A DNA stretch of 64,000 bases, from assembly GCA_965243135.1 (NCBI GenBank), contig OZ251539.1, positions 2,112,001 to 2,176,000 on the forward strand. Direction: 5' to 3'. This document shows positions 20,705 to 30,298 of this stretch, piece by piece. The stretch is from Alphaproteobacteria bacterium (lineage in GTDB: Bacteria; Pseudomonadota; Alphaproteobacteria; MPNO01; UBA830). The first letter of the stretch is position 1; every line of letters begins with the position of its first letter. The translations under genes were made by a program, and so were the position numbers. Under the pieces are notes generated by a model. The model saw nothing but the letters and a program-made list of their open reading frames with translations, was not told where the DNA came from and made no database searches.

Positions 20705-20787
20705 GCGTCCGTTCCTTCGTCGGCGGAAAGCAGACGGCGCGCGGCGGCGGATGGACAGCGAACCCCGGTTCCGTCATTTTCCCCGCC

Positions 20788-21873
20788 ATGTCGCCCGCCG
20801 AATACTTCCCCGACGACTATCGAAGCGGCCGTTCGGCCTTCCGCGCCGCGGCCGCGAACGCGGGCGCTCGGCTCGCAACCTACGACGCGCCGTCGACCGG
20901 ACCCGACGGCGGGCCGCTTCACACCGACGTAGCCATCCTCGGGCGCGACGACGCGCCGCGCGTGCTGCTCTGCAACTCCGCGACCCACGGCGTGGAAGGC
21001 TTCTGCGGGTCGGGAGTGTTCACCGGCTGGCTCCGCAACGCTCCGGATATCCCGCAGACCGTCAAGGTAGTGCTGATCCATGCGCTCAACTGCCACGGCT
21101 TCGCATGGCTCCGCCGGACGACCGAAGAAAACGTCGACCTCAACCGCAACTTCGTCGACCATGCGGCCGGACTCCCCCGGAACGCGGAATACGCCGAACT
21201 CCACTCGCACCTCTTGCCGAAGCGCTGGAACGAACGAACGGTCGCCGCCCTCAAGGAGACTCTCGAAAGCTATGCGGCCGAGCACTCGTTCTACAGGCTG
21301 CAATGCGTCCTGACCGGCGGACAATACGATCGCGCCGACGGAATCTTCTTCGGCGGACGGGAGCCTGCGACGGCAAGGGAGCGCTTCCTGAAGATCGTCG
21401 AGGATCATGCGGCCGGGGCAAGGCACGTCCTTTTTCTCGACTGGCATACCGGCCTGGGCCCCTACGGCGCCGCCGAGCTGATCGGCATGACGCGGCCGGG
21501 CAGCCCGCACGGCGACCGGGTCAACGCGTGGTTCCTGAACGGTCTGACCTCGCCGTCGGACGGAAGCTCGTCTTCCGCGCCGGTCACGGGCACGATCGGT
21601 TCCGGGCTGCGTCGGCGGCTGGCGGAATTCGGAACGGAGATCACCAGCCTGACCGTGGAGTTCGGCACGTATCCGCCGCGCGAGGTGCTGATGGCGCTGA
21701 TCGCGGACAACTGGCTTCACGCCAGGGGAGATCCGGAGAGCGCGCTCGGCCGCGAGATCAAGAAGCAGGTTCGCCGCGCGCTCTACCCGGACGAAGACGA
21801 CTGGAAGGAACTCGTCTGGGTGCGGGGTCGCCAGCTCATGCGCCGTTCCGTAGAAGGCCTGTCGGGACTCTGA
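20788..21873 (+). CDS. DUF2817 / M14 family metallopeptidase-like protein
   Basis: SATHGVEGFCGS, NVDLNRNF, DWHTGLG, VEFGT. Confidence 0.85.
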   Translation: MSPAEYFPDDYRSGRSAFRAAAANAGARLATYDAPSTGPDGGPLHTDVAILGRDDAPRVLLCNSATHGVEGFCGSGVFTGWLRNAPDIPQTVKVVLIHALNCHGFAWLRRTTEENVDLNRNFVDHAAGLPRNAEYAELHSHLLPKRWNERTVAALKETLESYAAEHSFYRLQCVLTGGQYDRADGIFFGGREPATARERFLKIVEDHAAGARHVLFLDWHTGLGPYGAAELIGMTRPGSPHGDRVNAWFLNGLTSPSDGSSSSAPVTGTIGSGLRRRLAEFGTEITSLTVEFGTYPPREVLMALIADNWLHARGDPESALGREIKKQVRRALYPDEDDWKELVWVRGRQLMRRSVEGLSGL

Positions 21874-21943
21874 CTCCGACCGGCGGCCTGCCGGAAGGAC
21901 GTCGCACCGGGCAAGACGCTCCGACGGGAAAACGCCCGCCGCG

Positions 21944-22252
21944 TCAGTGGGTCCAGTTCTTCTCGCGCCCGAAGCGAAAGTTGTCGGCGTAGCTCTTGGT
22001 CTGCAGTCTCCGCGGACGGGGTTCGATCACCTGAAAGTCGAGACCCTGCCTTTCGCAATAGGCGATCGCCTCGTCGCGCGTATCGAACCGCATGCGCAGC
22101 TGGTTTCTCGTGTCGCCGCGGCCGGCCCACCCCATCAGCGAGTCGCCAACCTGCCTCGCGCCGGGTTCGAATTCGACGACCCAGTGCCGGGTTCCGGCGC
22201 GGCCGGACTGCATCGCGGTTTTTCGAGGCTGGTATACGCGGACGGACGGCAT
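21944..22252 (-). CDS. ETC complex I subunit (NDUFS4-like)
   Basis: KTAMQSG, LMGW, KSYADNF motifs. Confidence 0.92.
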   Translation of the reverse strand: MPSVRVYQPRKTAMQSGRAGTRHWVVEFEPGARQVGDSLMGWAGRGDTRNQLRMRFDTRDEAIAYCERQGLDFQVIEPRPRRLQTKSYADNFRFGREKNWTH

Positions 22253-22383
22253 GCTGAACGATCCCGGCTGGCGTGAAGGCAACCGCCATTAAGCGAATGG
22301 CGGCGGCGGCGTCAAGTTGCGAACGCGCGCTTCCGGTGCTATCGACCGGCAGCTGCTGCCGAACGAGCGACGCGGGCCGGAGA

Positions 22384-23532
22384 ATGACGATCTACAAATA
22401 CAATTCGGCCGACAACCACATCGATCAGAGATGGATTCCCGCCCGGCTCTGGCAGGACCGGGTCGGGGAGCGCTTCAGGCGCGACGCGCCCATGGTCGTC
22501 GAGGCCGACGGCGGATGGTTCTGGCAATGGGAGGGGCAGATATTCGGCGGCCGCGACGGCGGCGCCGCCGACAGTCCCGACAACCGGCGCATTCTCGAAG
22601 AGCATTACGGCCAACGCGCGAAGGATTTGCCCGACGGCGCCCTCCCGCCGGCGGATCCCGAGATCATCCTCGATCACATGGACATGGCCGGAATCTGGGC
22701 CTACGTCGGATACGGCTCCGTCCGAAAATGGAAAGTGAGGGACCTCGCCCTGCGGAACGAGATTCACCGGGTGTACAACGACTGGATGATGGAACTGAAC
22801 GCGGCGAATCCGGATCGTCTGCTGATGTTGCCCATCATGCCGGTTTACGACCCGGAAACGGCGCTCTCGGAACTGGAACGCATGAAGGCGCTCGACTGCA
22901 AGGCCGTCGAGTTTCCCGTCGCGGACCTCGCGCGGGAGATCTGGGAGGAGTGCTGGGATCCCTTCTGGTCGTCCTGCGAGGACGGCGGCGTCACGGTGTG
23001 CAGCCACATCGGCGACAGCGCCGGCGCCCCCTACCCGCCCGTCGAACGCGGCGTGCGCATGGCCTATTTCTCCTGCGTGCCCTTCAGCGCGGCGAAACCG
23101 ATCTCGCAGCTGGCCTATTCCGGAACGCTGATGCGCCACCCGAAACTGCACTACAATTACGGCGAGTGCCGCGCCGGATGGGGACCGATGCTGCTTCAGT
23201 GGATGGACCGGCAGGCGATCGAGCGCCCTGCGCTGTTCGCCGATACCGGTCTCAGGGAGATGCCGAGCGCATACGTGAGGCGCCAGGTCACGATCACCTA
23301 CGAGGAGGATTACGTCGCCGGAATGCTGCTGCGTCATCCGGAGTCCGGCATGGCGGACATTCTGATGTGGGGCGCGGATTACCCTCACGGCCAGGGCGTC
23401 TGGCCGGACGCCGATCCGGTGATGGACAGAATGTTCGCGGGCGTCGATCCGCAGGTGAGGCGGCGCGTGGTCTTCGACCGCTGCCTCGAAACGTTTCGAT
23501 TGCAGGGCCCGCCCCGGGCCTCTGCCGCATGA
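22384..23532 (+). CDS. Amidohydrolase_2 family protein
   Basis: SADNHID, YNDW, CSHIG, MWGADYPH. Confidence 0.85.
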   Translation: MTIYKYNSADNHIDQRWIPARLWQDRVGERFRRDAPMVVEADGGWFWQWEGQIFGGRDGGAADSPDNRRILEEHYGQRAKDLPDGALPPADPEIILDHMDMAGIWAYVGYGSVRKWKVRDLALRNEIHRVYNDWMMELNAANPDRLLMLPIMPVYDPETALSELERMKALDCKAVEFPVADLAREIWEECWDPFWSSCEDGGVTVCSHIGDSAGAPYPPVERGVRMAYFSCVPFSAAKPISQLAYSGTLMRHPKLHYNYGECRAGWGPMLLQWMDRQAIERPALFADTGLREMPSAYVRRQVTITYEEDYVAGMLLRHPESGMADILMWGADYPHGQGVWPDADPVMDRMFAGVDPQVRRRVVFDRCLETFRLQGPPRASAA

Positions 23533-23545
23533 GGAGGAACCGACA

Positions 23546-24046
23546 ATGGCAAAACTCAGGCACATCGCGCTTTCCGTTCCGGATCCCGAAAAGGCCGCCG
23601 ATTTCTATTGTGAAGCGTTCGACATGGTGCGGGTGGGCAAGACGGATTCGCCCCTCGCCCGGGGCTGCTACGTCTCCGACGGCGTCATCACCGTCGCGCT
23701 TCTCGACTACAAGTCGGACGAATGGGCCGGCTACGTCGAAGGCGAGGACGAGCGCGGCAAGGACTGGCAGGGCTTGCACCACATCGGCTTCTGGGTCGAC
23801 GACCTCGCGGAGGCGGAAAGGAAGATCGAAAAGGCGGGCGGCAAGTATTTCATGGGCCGTCCCGAGGAGGACTCCCCCAGCACGTTCTACGAGATGAAGT
23901 TTCGCGATCCCCACGGGGTGATCGTCGATTGCACGCATCTCGGCTGGGGCGGCTCGGTCAAGGACGTCGTGCCGGCCGACGAGAGCGAACGCGAGAAGTT
24001 CGACAACCGTTTCGGCGCGAAGCTGGCCGCGCAGGCGGCCGAATAG
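23546..24046 (+). CDS. VOC/glyoxalase family protein
   Basis: LRHIAL, GLHHIGFWVDD, EMKFRDPHG; GAGGAGG RBS. Confidence 0.88.
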   Translation: MAKLRHIALSVPDPEKAADFYCEAFDMVRVGKTDSPLARGCYVSDGVITVALLDYKSDEWAGYVEGEDERGKDWQGLHHIGFWVDDLAEAERKIEKAGGKYFMGRPEEDSPSTFYEMKFRDPHGVIVDCTHLGWGGSVKDVVPADESEREKFDNRFGAKLAAQAAE

Positions 24047-24359
24047 CGTTCGCCGGTTCCGGCCTTTTCCGCTCGAACGTTCCGCCCGGCGAGCCGGACG
24101 CCCTTCCGGGCTTTCCGGCCGGCCGCCCGGAAGGCGCGGGTCTCCCTCGTCGCGCGCCGCCCTCGGGAAAAAGCGCCGCAAACCGGACGGAAGTCGTTCG
24201 AGCGAACGGTTTCCGAACCTGTCGCGCTCCCGCCCTGCGTTTCCGGCGGCGAGATTCGCGGTCGCTTGACGCCGGGGCCGTTGCCGACCGCACGGCGCGC
24301 CGACCGAGAAGCAGGAAGGCCTCGACGCCGCCGGACGGCGCATCGGGAGCGCCGGGCCT

Positions 24360-26261
24360 TCACCACACGAGGCGTCCGCGGTCGAACGCCCTCCAGGCGG
24401 CGATGGCGTCGAAGGCGAGGCAACGCTCGAGCTCTTCGGCATCGCCGAGCGCGGGATCCCCGATCCGGGTTCCGGCCTCGAAGATGCGGAAGAAGTCCTT
24501 CACTGCCCGCCTCCGTTCGTACCAGGCAAGGATGCGCGAAGCGTTTTCCGGCGTCGCGTCGCCCTCCGTGCACAGCAGCGTCAAGGACGACGCGCGGCCG
24601 TTCCTGGGCGGCGACCGTTCGGTTGCGCGGACCGCCGTCGTTTCAAGCGTTTCGCCGCTTGCGCCGGGCGCGCGCAAAGCGATTTTCGCGACGCGCAACT
24701 CGATGCGAGCTGCGCGCTTCCCGCGCGCATGTCGTCCGCCGGGCGCCGCGCATGGAGCGATCCCCTCCATGCATTCCCGCAAACCGAGCGCGGAATCGCC
24801 ATTCGCGACTCTGTGTCCGTGATGGTTCCGGCCAACGCGAATGAGAAGCCCCGCTTCCTCGGGCGCCGCGGCCTGCGCCTCGAACAGGCCGTAGATGTCA
24901 GCCACGGGATCGCAGACGCTTATGACGCGGCGCCCGCGGCAGGCCCGCCCCAGCTCTTTCGCCGCAGCCAGCCCCGCCAACCAGCGGTTGCCTTCTTTTT
25001 CCTCGGGCATTTCTGACGACGCGCCGGCCGGCTCGCGCGCGCCGACCTCCAGCGCCAGCACCCCAAGCGGACGACCGCCCTCGGTCAACGCCAGCGACGC
25101 GCGCACTCCCCGTCCGCCGAAGGCATTGTCCCTGCGCGAGACATGGCTGAGCATGACGGCGCCATGGGCGACCAGGATCGTGCGCTCCTGTCGACAGCGT
25201 TCCGTCAACGCTTCACGATGAGGCTCCAGAACGTCGTCCATCGTCACCTGTTCGTTCGACAGAAACCGGTACGCAGCCTTCTGGTCGGCGCGCTGCGGAC
25301 AAATCGCGCCAACCGGCGCCCCTGGACTCTTCTCCCATTGCCGCCCCATGCAGACCAGCCGGGCGCGCAGCCGTCCGTCCGGGATGCTGGAGCGAGCGTA
25401 TTCCGTCGCCGCCCAATCCTCCGTTTCCGAGAGCGGCGGCGCGGTTCCGAGTTCGCGGCGCGTTGGCGCGCGCAAGACCTGCCGCCAGTCCGCGCAAAGC
25501 GGTTTCATCCAGACCGACCGGCCCCGGACCGTCCTCTCCTCGCACCGCTCCCAGCCAGTGGCCGCGTAGCAGGTCCCCGCCTGCCCGGCATCCACGTAAG
25601 TGTAGGCGAGCACCGGACGGATCCCGTAGGCCGATTGCCAGTCGTCCGCAAGGCGGGACAACGCAAGGCCAATCCCCCGCGAGGCGAGAGACGGCACGCG
25701 AACGCCGGGCAGGATCAGAAGACGCGCGTTGTTCACGACCCGCCCGAGATGCGCCGCCAGCTCGCGCTGCGTCCAGCCGATGTAGCTGTCCCGCGCCCGC
25801 TGATGCCAGCCTGCGGCGCAGAAGCTTAGGCCGCCCAAGCGACCGCGACGCGACGAAACGATCCAATACAGAAGCCGCGCCCCGGGTTGGCGCCTCTCGC
25901 CTTGGGGGTGGTGCGACGCCATCATCGAGCGCCACAACGTCACGTCCTTCGGCGCAACCGGTTCCGCTCTTACGTCTCCGAGTTCCTTCAACCCGCAGGA
26001 CAACGCGACATCGGGATACGCCTCAAGAGGGCGGGCGTTCGGCCGCCGTAACGGCGGCGGCAAGAGCAGCCCCAGCCTGTCGGCCAGCCTCGGCAACACC
26101 TTCCGCGCGGACGCCAGACATAGTTCGCCCGCAGAATTGCGCCAGTCCTCGATCTCGCAGAGCCCGCGCGCCAACGACGCCCGGCTGTGCTTTCCCGAAG
26201 CGGCCGCTTCCCGCAGCCATGCAATCGAGCCCGGCGAAAACTGATGTAGGCCGACCTGCAT
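24360..26261 (-). mobile_element. DUF4338 (DruA-like)-IS4/IS50-type transposase fusion, catalytic motifs degenerate, C-terminally short
   Basis: DUF4338 motifs (RDSYIGW, VVNNARLLILP, DDWQSAYG); Tn5-like DNA-binding motifs (DGRLRARL, KAAYRFLSN); DDE remnants VAHGAV, VCDPVAD, WYERRRAVKDFF; no terminal inverted repeats recognised. Confidence 0.75.
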
Positions 26262-26323
26262 GGCCCGTTCAATAAAGCGAATCGGCTCCCGAAGTAAATC
26301 ACGGCCGACGAGAGGCATTCGCG

Positions 26324-26394
26324 CCGCGCCGCTTGCGGGGCCGAAGCCGGGGGAAGGCCGGGCAACTTCTGCCCCCGGACCTCCGGAGCGCGGC
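26324..26394 (+). repeat. Imperfect direct repeat copy 1 (about 70 bp) flanking coiled-coil gene
   Basis: ccgcgccgcttgcggggccgaagccgggggaaggccgggcaacttctgcccccggacctccggagcgcggc aligns to 26981-27047. Confidence 0.8.
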
Positions 26395-26450
26395 GAGCGG
26401 CAGCCGCGAAAGGGCTGGCCGGCGAATCCCGGCGTCGAGGCGGGGCGCCG

Positions 26451-26879
26451 CTATTCCGTCGCCTCGGCCGGCGGCTCCTTCCGGTGCTCGACGAAAGTCT
26501 CGAGCAGATCGAACTTGCCCTCGACGCGCGCCACGCGCTCGCTCAACGTCCGGAACTGCTCGTTCATCTGCCGGAATTGCTCGTTCATCTGATCGGTCAG
26601 CTGCCGGAACCGTTCGTTGGTCTCTTCGTTCTGTTGCCGGAACCGTTCGTTTATCTGATCGGTCAGCTGCCGGAACCGTTCGTTCGTCTGGTCGGTCAGC
26701 TGCCCGAGCTGGTCATCCGTCCGCCGGTCCCGTTCGTCCATGCGCAGGGCAAGGGCGTCGATCCGGCGGTCGAGCCGACGGCCCTGCTGAAGAACGAGCC
26801 TGATAACGGCAATGCCGCCGCCAAGCATGGTGGCGCCGACGCCGAGAATGGCGATGAGTTCGGAAGAGAACTGTTCCAT
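26451..26879 (-). CDS. Membrane-anchored coiled-coil protein (N-terminal TM helix, 11-aa repeats)
   Basis: MEQFSSELIAILGVGATMLGG TM segment, QLTDQxNERFR repeats, ERVARVEG end motif. Confidence 0.8.
   Translation of the reverse strand: MEQFSSELIAILGVGATMLGGGIAVIRLVLQQGRRLDRRIDALALRMDERDRRTDDQLGQLTDQTNERFRQLTDQINERFRQQNEETNERFRQLTDQMNEQFRQMNEQFRTLSERVARVEGKFDLLETFVEHRKEPPAEATE
26550..26702 (-). repeat. Intragenic tandem repeat: four 33-bp units plus one 21-bp unit
   Basis: Units starting ccggaa at 26550, 26571, 26604, 26637, 26670. Confidence 0.9.
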
Positions 26880-26980
26880 TAGGTACCCCCGCGAATTCGG
26901 AAACACGAACGTATGCGAAACGTTCGCGCCGCGCAACTATCCTATCGGCCGCCGTTCGGTCGGCGGCGCGGCGCGAATTT

Positions 26981-27047
26981 CCGCGCCGCTTGCTGCGCCG
27001 AAGCCGGGGGAGGGCTGGACAAACTCCCCGGAACTCCGAACCGCGGC
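26981..27047 (+). repeat. Imperfect direct repeat copy 2 flanking coiled-coil gene
   Basis: ccgcgccgcttgctgcgccgaagccgggggagggctggacaaactccccggaactccgaaccgcggc aligns to 26324-26394. Confidence 0.8.
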
Positions 27048-27096
27048 CGGCCCGCCGCGAGCGGACTCGAAAGCCGCGACCGTCCGTTCCCTTACG

Positions 27097-28581
27097 CTAC
27101 CCGGCCGGCCGCCTGTCGGCACTATCGTGCAATCGCGACAATACTGCCGGCAGCGCCTCGCAGATGTCTTCGGCGACCAGCCCGGGACCGAACTCGCTCG
27201 CCGCCGCGCCGTGCAGCCAGGTTCCGGCGCAGGCGGCCTCGAACGGCGGCATGCCCTGCGCCAACAGACCGACAATCAGGCCAGCAAGCACGTCGCCGGA
27301 ACCTGCGGTAGCCAATGCGGGGGGAGCGTTCCGATTGATCGCGGCGCGACCGTCCGCCGCCGCTATCACGCTGTCGGCCCCCTTCAGCAGGATTACCGCG
27401 CCCGACAACTCAGCTGCCTTCCTCGCCCTCGACAACTTGTCGCCGCTCATGCTGAACAATCTCGGGAATTCCCCTTCATGAGGCGTAAGGACGCACGGAG
27501 CGCCCCTCAGAGCGCCGAACAAATCGTCCGGCGCCTCGCCGAAGACGGTCAGCGCGTCGGCGTCGAGAACCAGGCAACGGCCGCGGCTGGCGGCGGTCAG
27601 CGCCACATCGCGGGTCGTCCGGTTCACGCCGTTCCCGGGCCCGACGAGAACCGCGTTCTTTCGGCTGTCGTCGAGAATCGTTCCGAATTCCTCCGCCGTC
27701 GCGAACGGAAGAGTGAGAAGTCCCGGCGCATCCGCAGCGTAAGCGGGCAGGCTGTCGGGGCTGCTCGCCACGGTGACCAGGCCGGCCCCGACCCGCCGCG
27801 CCGCGCGGGCCGCCAGCCTGCCGGCCCCCGTCATCGCCGACCCGCCTGCGATCAATGCATGTCCTCGCGTGTATTTGTGATCCGCGAGACGCGGCCACCG
27901 AAAATCGTTCAACCAAAGCGGCGGCCGGTTCGCCGACGTCGCCGGCCGGATCGATCCGAGAACGCTTTCGGGAATGCCTATATCGGAAACGACAAGTTCG
28001 CCGGCATGGACGCGGCCCGGCAACAACAGATGGCCCGGTTTTGGACGAAAGAACGTGACGGTAAGATCCGCATGCGGCGCAGCGCCGAGAATCTGACCCG
28101 TATCTCCGTGCACTCCGCTCGGCACGTCGACCGCGACGCAAGGAACGGACGCCTCGTCGATCGCGCGGACAGCGGCCAACGCCGCCCCTTCGAGCGGACG
28201 CGCGAGTCCAGCTCCGAACAAGGCGTCGACGACGAGGCTGGCGCCGCCGAGCGGTTCGGCCTCGAGCGGAGCGGTCTCTCCTGACCAGCGGTCGGCGTTG
28301 ACGCGAGCGTCGCCCTTCAGCGAGTCGCGCGCTCCGAGCAGTCCGACTTTCACGGACCAACCCGCTTCCTGGAGAATTCGCGCGACGACGAATCCGTCGC
28401 CCCCGTTGTTGCCCGGACCGCAAAGAACCGCGACAGGGCGGCTCGCCCATCTGCGGGCGATCTCGTCCGCGACCGCGCGACCGGCCGCCTCCATCAGGCG
28501 CTCGCCCGAAATTCCCGAGTCGACGGCGAACCGGTCAGCCGCGTACATTTCCTGCACGGTCAGCAGTTCGCAACGGTCCAT
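27097..28581 (-). CDS. nnr: Bifunctional NAD(P)HX epimerase/dehydratase
   Basis: GPGNNGGDG, DALFGAG, HKYTRG, LTPHEGEF, LATAGSGDVLAG. Confidence 0.93.
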   Translation of the reverse strand: MDRCELLTVQEMYAADRFAVDSGISGERLMEAAGRAVADEIARRWASRPVAVLCGPGNNGGDGFVVARILQEAGWSVKVGLLGARDSLKGDARVNADRWSGETAPLEAEPLGGASLVVDALFGAGLARPLEGAALAAVRAIDEASVPCVAVDVPSGVHGDTGQILGAAPHADLTVTFFRPKPGHLLLPGRVHAGELVVSDIGIPESVLGSIRPATSANRPPLWLNDFRWPRLADHKYTRGHALIAGGSAMTGAGRLAARAARRVGAGLVTVASSPDSLPAYAADAPGLLTLPFATAEEFGTILDDSRKNAVLVGPGNGVNRTTRDVALTAASRGRCLVLDADALTVFGEAPDDLFGALRGAPCVLTPHEGEFPRLFSMSGDKLSRARKAAELSGAVILLKGADSVIAAADGRAAINRNAPPALATAGSGDVLAGLIVGLLAQGMPPFEAACAGTWLHGAAASEFGPGLVAEDICEALPAVLSRLHDSADRRPAG

Positions 28582-28642
28582 CGCCGGCCTCGCCGCAGGC
28601 GCGAAACGATTCGCGAGGACATCGGCTTTCCGGGCGAGCGGT

Positions 28643-29317
28643 TCAGAAGGCGTTGAGAATTTCAACGATTTCCTCGACATGCATGACGTCCGCGTATTTG
28701 TGGTGCAGATCGAACAGATTGACCTTGTGGGACAGCGTCGAGCGATCGAAGACGCATTCCTCGGCTATCGTAACGTGATACCCGGAAGAATAGGCATCGA
28801 CGACGCTGGCGCGCACGCAACCCGACGTGCTTTCGCCGCACACGATCAGGCTGTCCGCGCCGCGCCGGTTAAGTTCGGGCAGCAGCGGCGTGCCGTAGAA
28901 CGCGCTTGCGCGCTCCTTGACGACAACAGCGTCCCCCTCTTCCGGCGCGAACGCCTCGAATATTTCGTAATCCCGCTCGTCGCGACCGAGTCCTGCTCGG
29001 CGGTTCGTCGCGACGACGGCGGAACCCGTCGGCGCGGTGGTGTAGAACACCGGCAGTCCTGCGGCCCGGGCCGCCGCGAACAACGCCTGCGTCGGCGCCA
29101 CCGCTTCCCAGGCGTAGCGTCCGCAACTGCTGGGAAACGCCTCGACAAGCTCGTGAGGCTCCCGTTCTCCGCCGCGATATACGAGGTTGTAGAGATCGAT
29201 CGCCAACAACGCAGGCCGGTTTCCCACCCGCACCTCGCGACGATACGGACGATAGACCTTCAGAATCTCGTCGGACACGACGTCTTTCCAGCAATGGTCC
29301 TCGAAACCGTCGAACAT
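28643..29317 (-). CDS. Isochorismatase/cysteine hydrolase family protein
   Basis: Asp-Lys-Cys triad: AIDL, VKERASAF, GESTSGCVRAS. Confidence 0.88.
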   Translation of the reverse strand: MFDGFEDHCWKDVVSDEILKVYRPYRREVRVGNRPALLAIDLYNLVYRGGEREPHELVEAFPSSCGRYAWEAVAPTQALFAAARAAGLPVFYTTAPTGSAVVATNRRAGLGRDERDYEIFEAFAPEEGDAVVVKERASAFYGTPLLPELNRRGADSLIVCGESTSGCVRASVVDAYSSGYHVTIAEECVFDRSTLSHKVNLFDLHHKYADVMHVEEIVEILNAF

Positions 29318-29524
29318 CGCTTCTCTCCTTTTCCAGCCGCCGGGTCCGCAAGGGACGCCGGGACGCCAGGCGGCGACCCGCCTTCGCGACCATGGTATCT
29401 TTGAGGGAATTTTCCCGTTTCGGACCCGCCTCCGCAACGTCCCGCTTCAGGTGCGCTACATGTCGACACAACCGCTTTCCCCTGACGGATACCGTCGGCA
29501 TCCCGCCGCCCGCTCCCTGCGCGC

Positions 29525-30292
29525 GTGACGGAGACCTTGCGAACGCTCTCGCTGACGGCGCCGTCAGGCCTGCCGGAAATCCGGACGGGAGCGGACCTCG
29601 CCGCCATCCTCATAGCGGCGCTCGGCAGCGCGGGCGCTCAGCCCGCGGACGGCGACATATTCGTCGTCGCCCAGAAGGTGGTATCGAAATCCGAAGGGAG
29701 AACGGTTCGGCTCGACGACGTCCGTCCCGGCATCCGCGCTCTCGACCTCGCCCAACGGACGGGCAAGGACCCGAGGATCGCCGAACTGATCCTTCGAGAG
29801 GCGGACGAGCTCGTGAGGGTGCGCGACGGACTGATAATCGCCCGTCACAGGAACGGCTGCGTTCTGGCCAACGCGGGCATCGATCTGTCCAACGCCGGCG
29901 CGCCCGATACGGCGGTGCTGCTCCCCGAAGACCCGGATCGGAGCGCACGGGAGTTGCGCGCTCGCGTCGAACGCGAAACGGGACGTTCCGTCGGGGTGAT
30001 CGTCAACGACAGCATGGGCCGGGCGTGGCGGCTGGGAACGACCGGCACCGCCATCGGCGCGAGCGGGATCGGAAGCCTGATGGACCGCAGAGGCGAGGAC
30101 GACCGGGACGGCATGACCCTGCAATCCAGCGTCATCGCCGCCGCGGACGAGGTCGCCGCCGCCGCTTCTCTGCTCATGGGGCAAGGGAAGGAAAGCCTGC
30201 CTTTCGTCGTGGTTCGGGGCGCGACATGGCTTAGGGGGGACGGCAGCGCGAGCGATCTCGTTCGTCCGCTCGAACGCGACCTGTTCAGGTAA
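29525..30292 (+). CDS. cofE: Coenzyme F420-0:L-glutamate ligase
   Basis: QKVVSKSEG, ANAGIDLSN, DSMGRAWR, DLFR end. Confidence 0.92.
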   Translation: MTETLRTLSLTAPSGLPEIRTGADLAAILIAALGSAGAQPADGDIFVVAQKVVSKSEGRTVRLDDVRPGIRALDLAQRTGKDPRIAELILREADELVRVRDGLIIARHRNGCVLANAGIDLSNAGAPDTAVLLPEDPDRSARELRARVERETGRSVGVIVNDSMGRAWRLGTTGTAIGASGIGSLMDRRGEDDRDGMTLQSSVIAAADEVAAAASLLMGQGKESLPFVVVRGATWLRGDGSASDLVRPLERDLFR

Positions 30293-30298
30293 CGCCCG

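Noticed and set aside
26550-26702. 33-bp periodic repeats as a CRISPR array
   Set aside because: No unique spacers, in-frame within a coding gene, and no cas genes in the window
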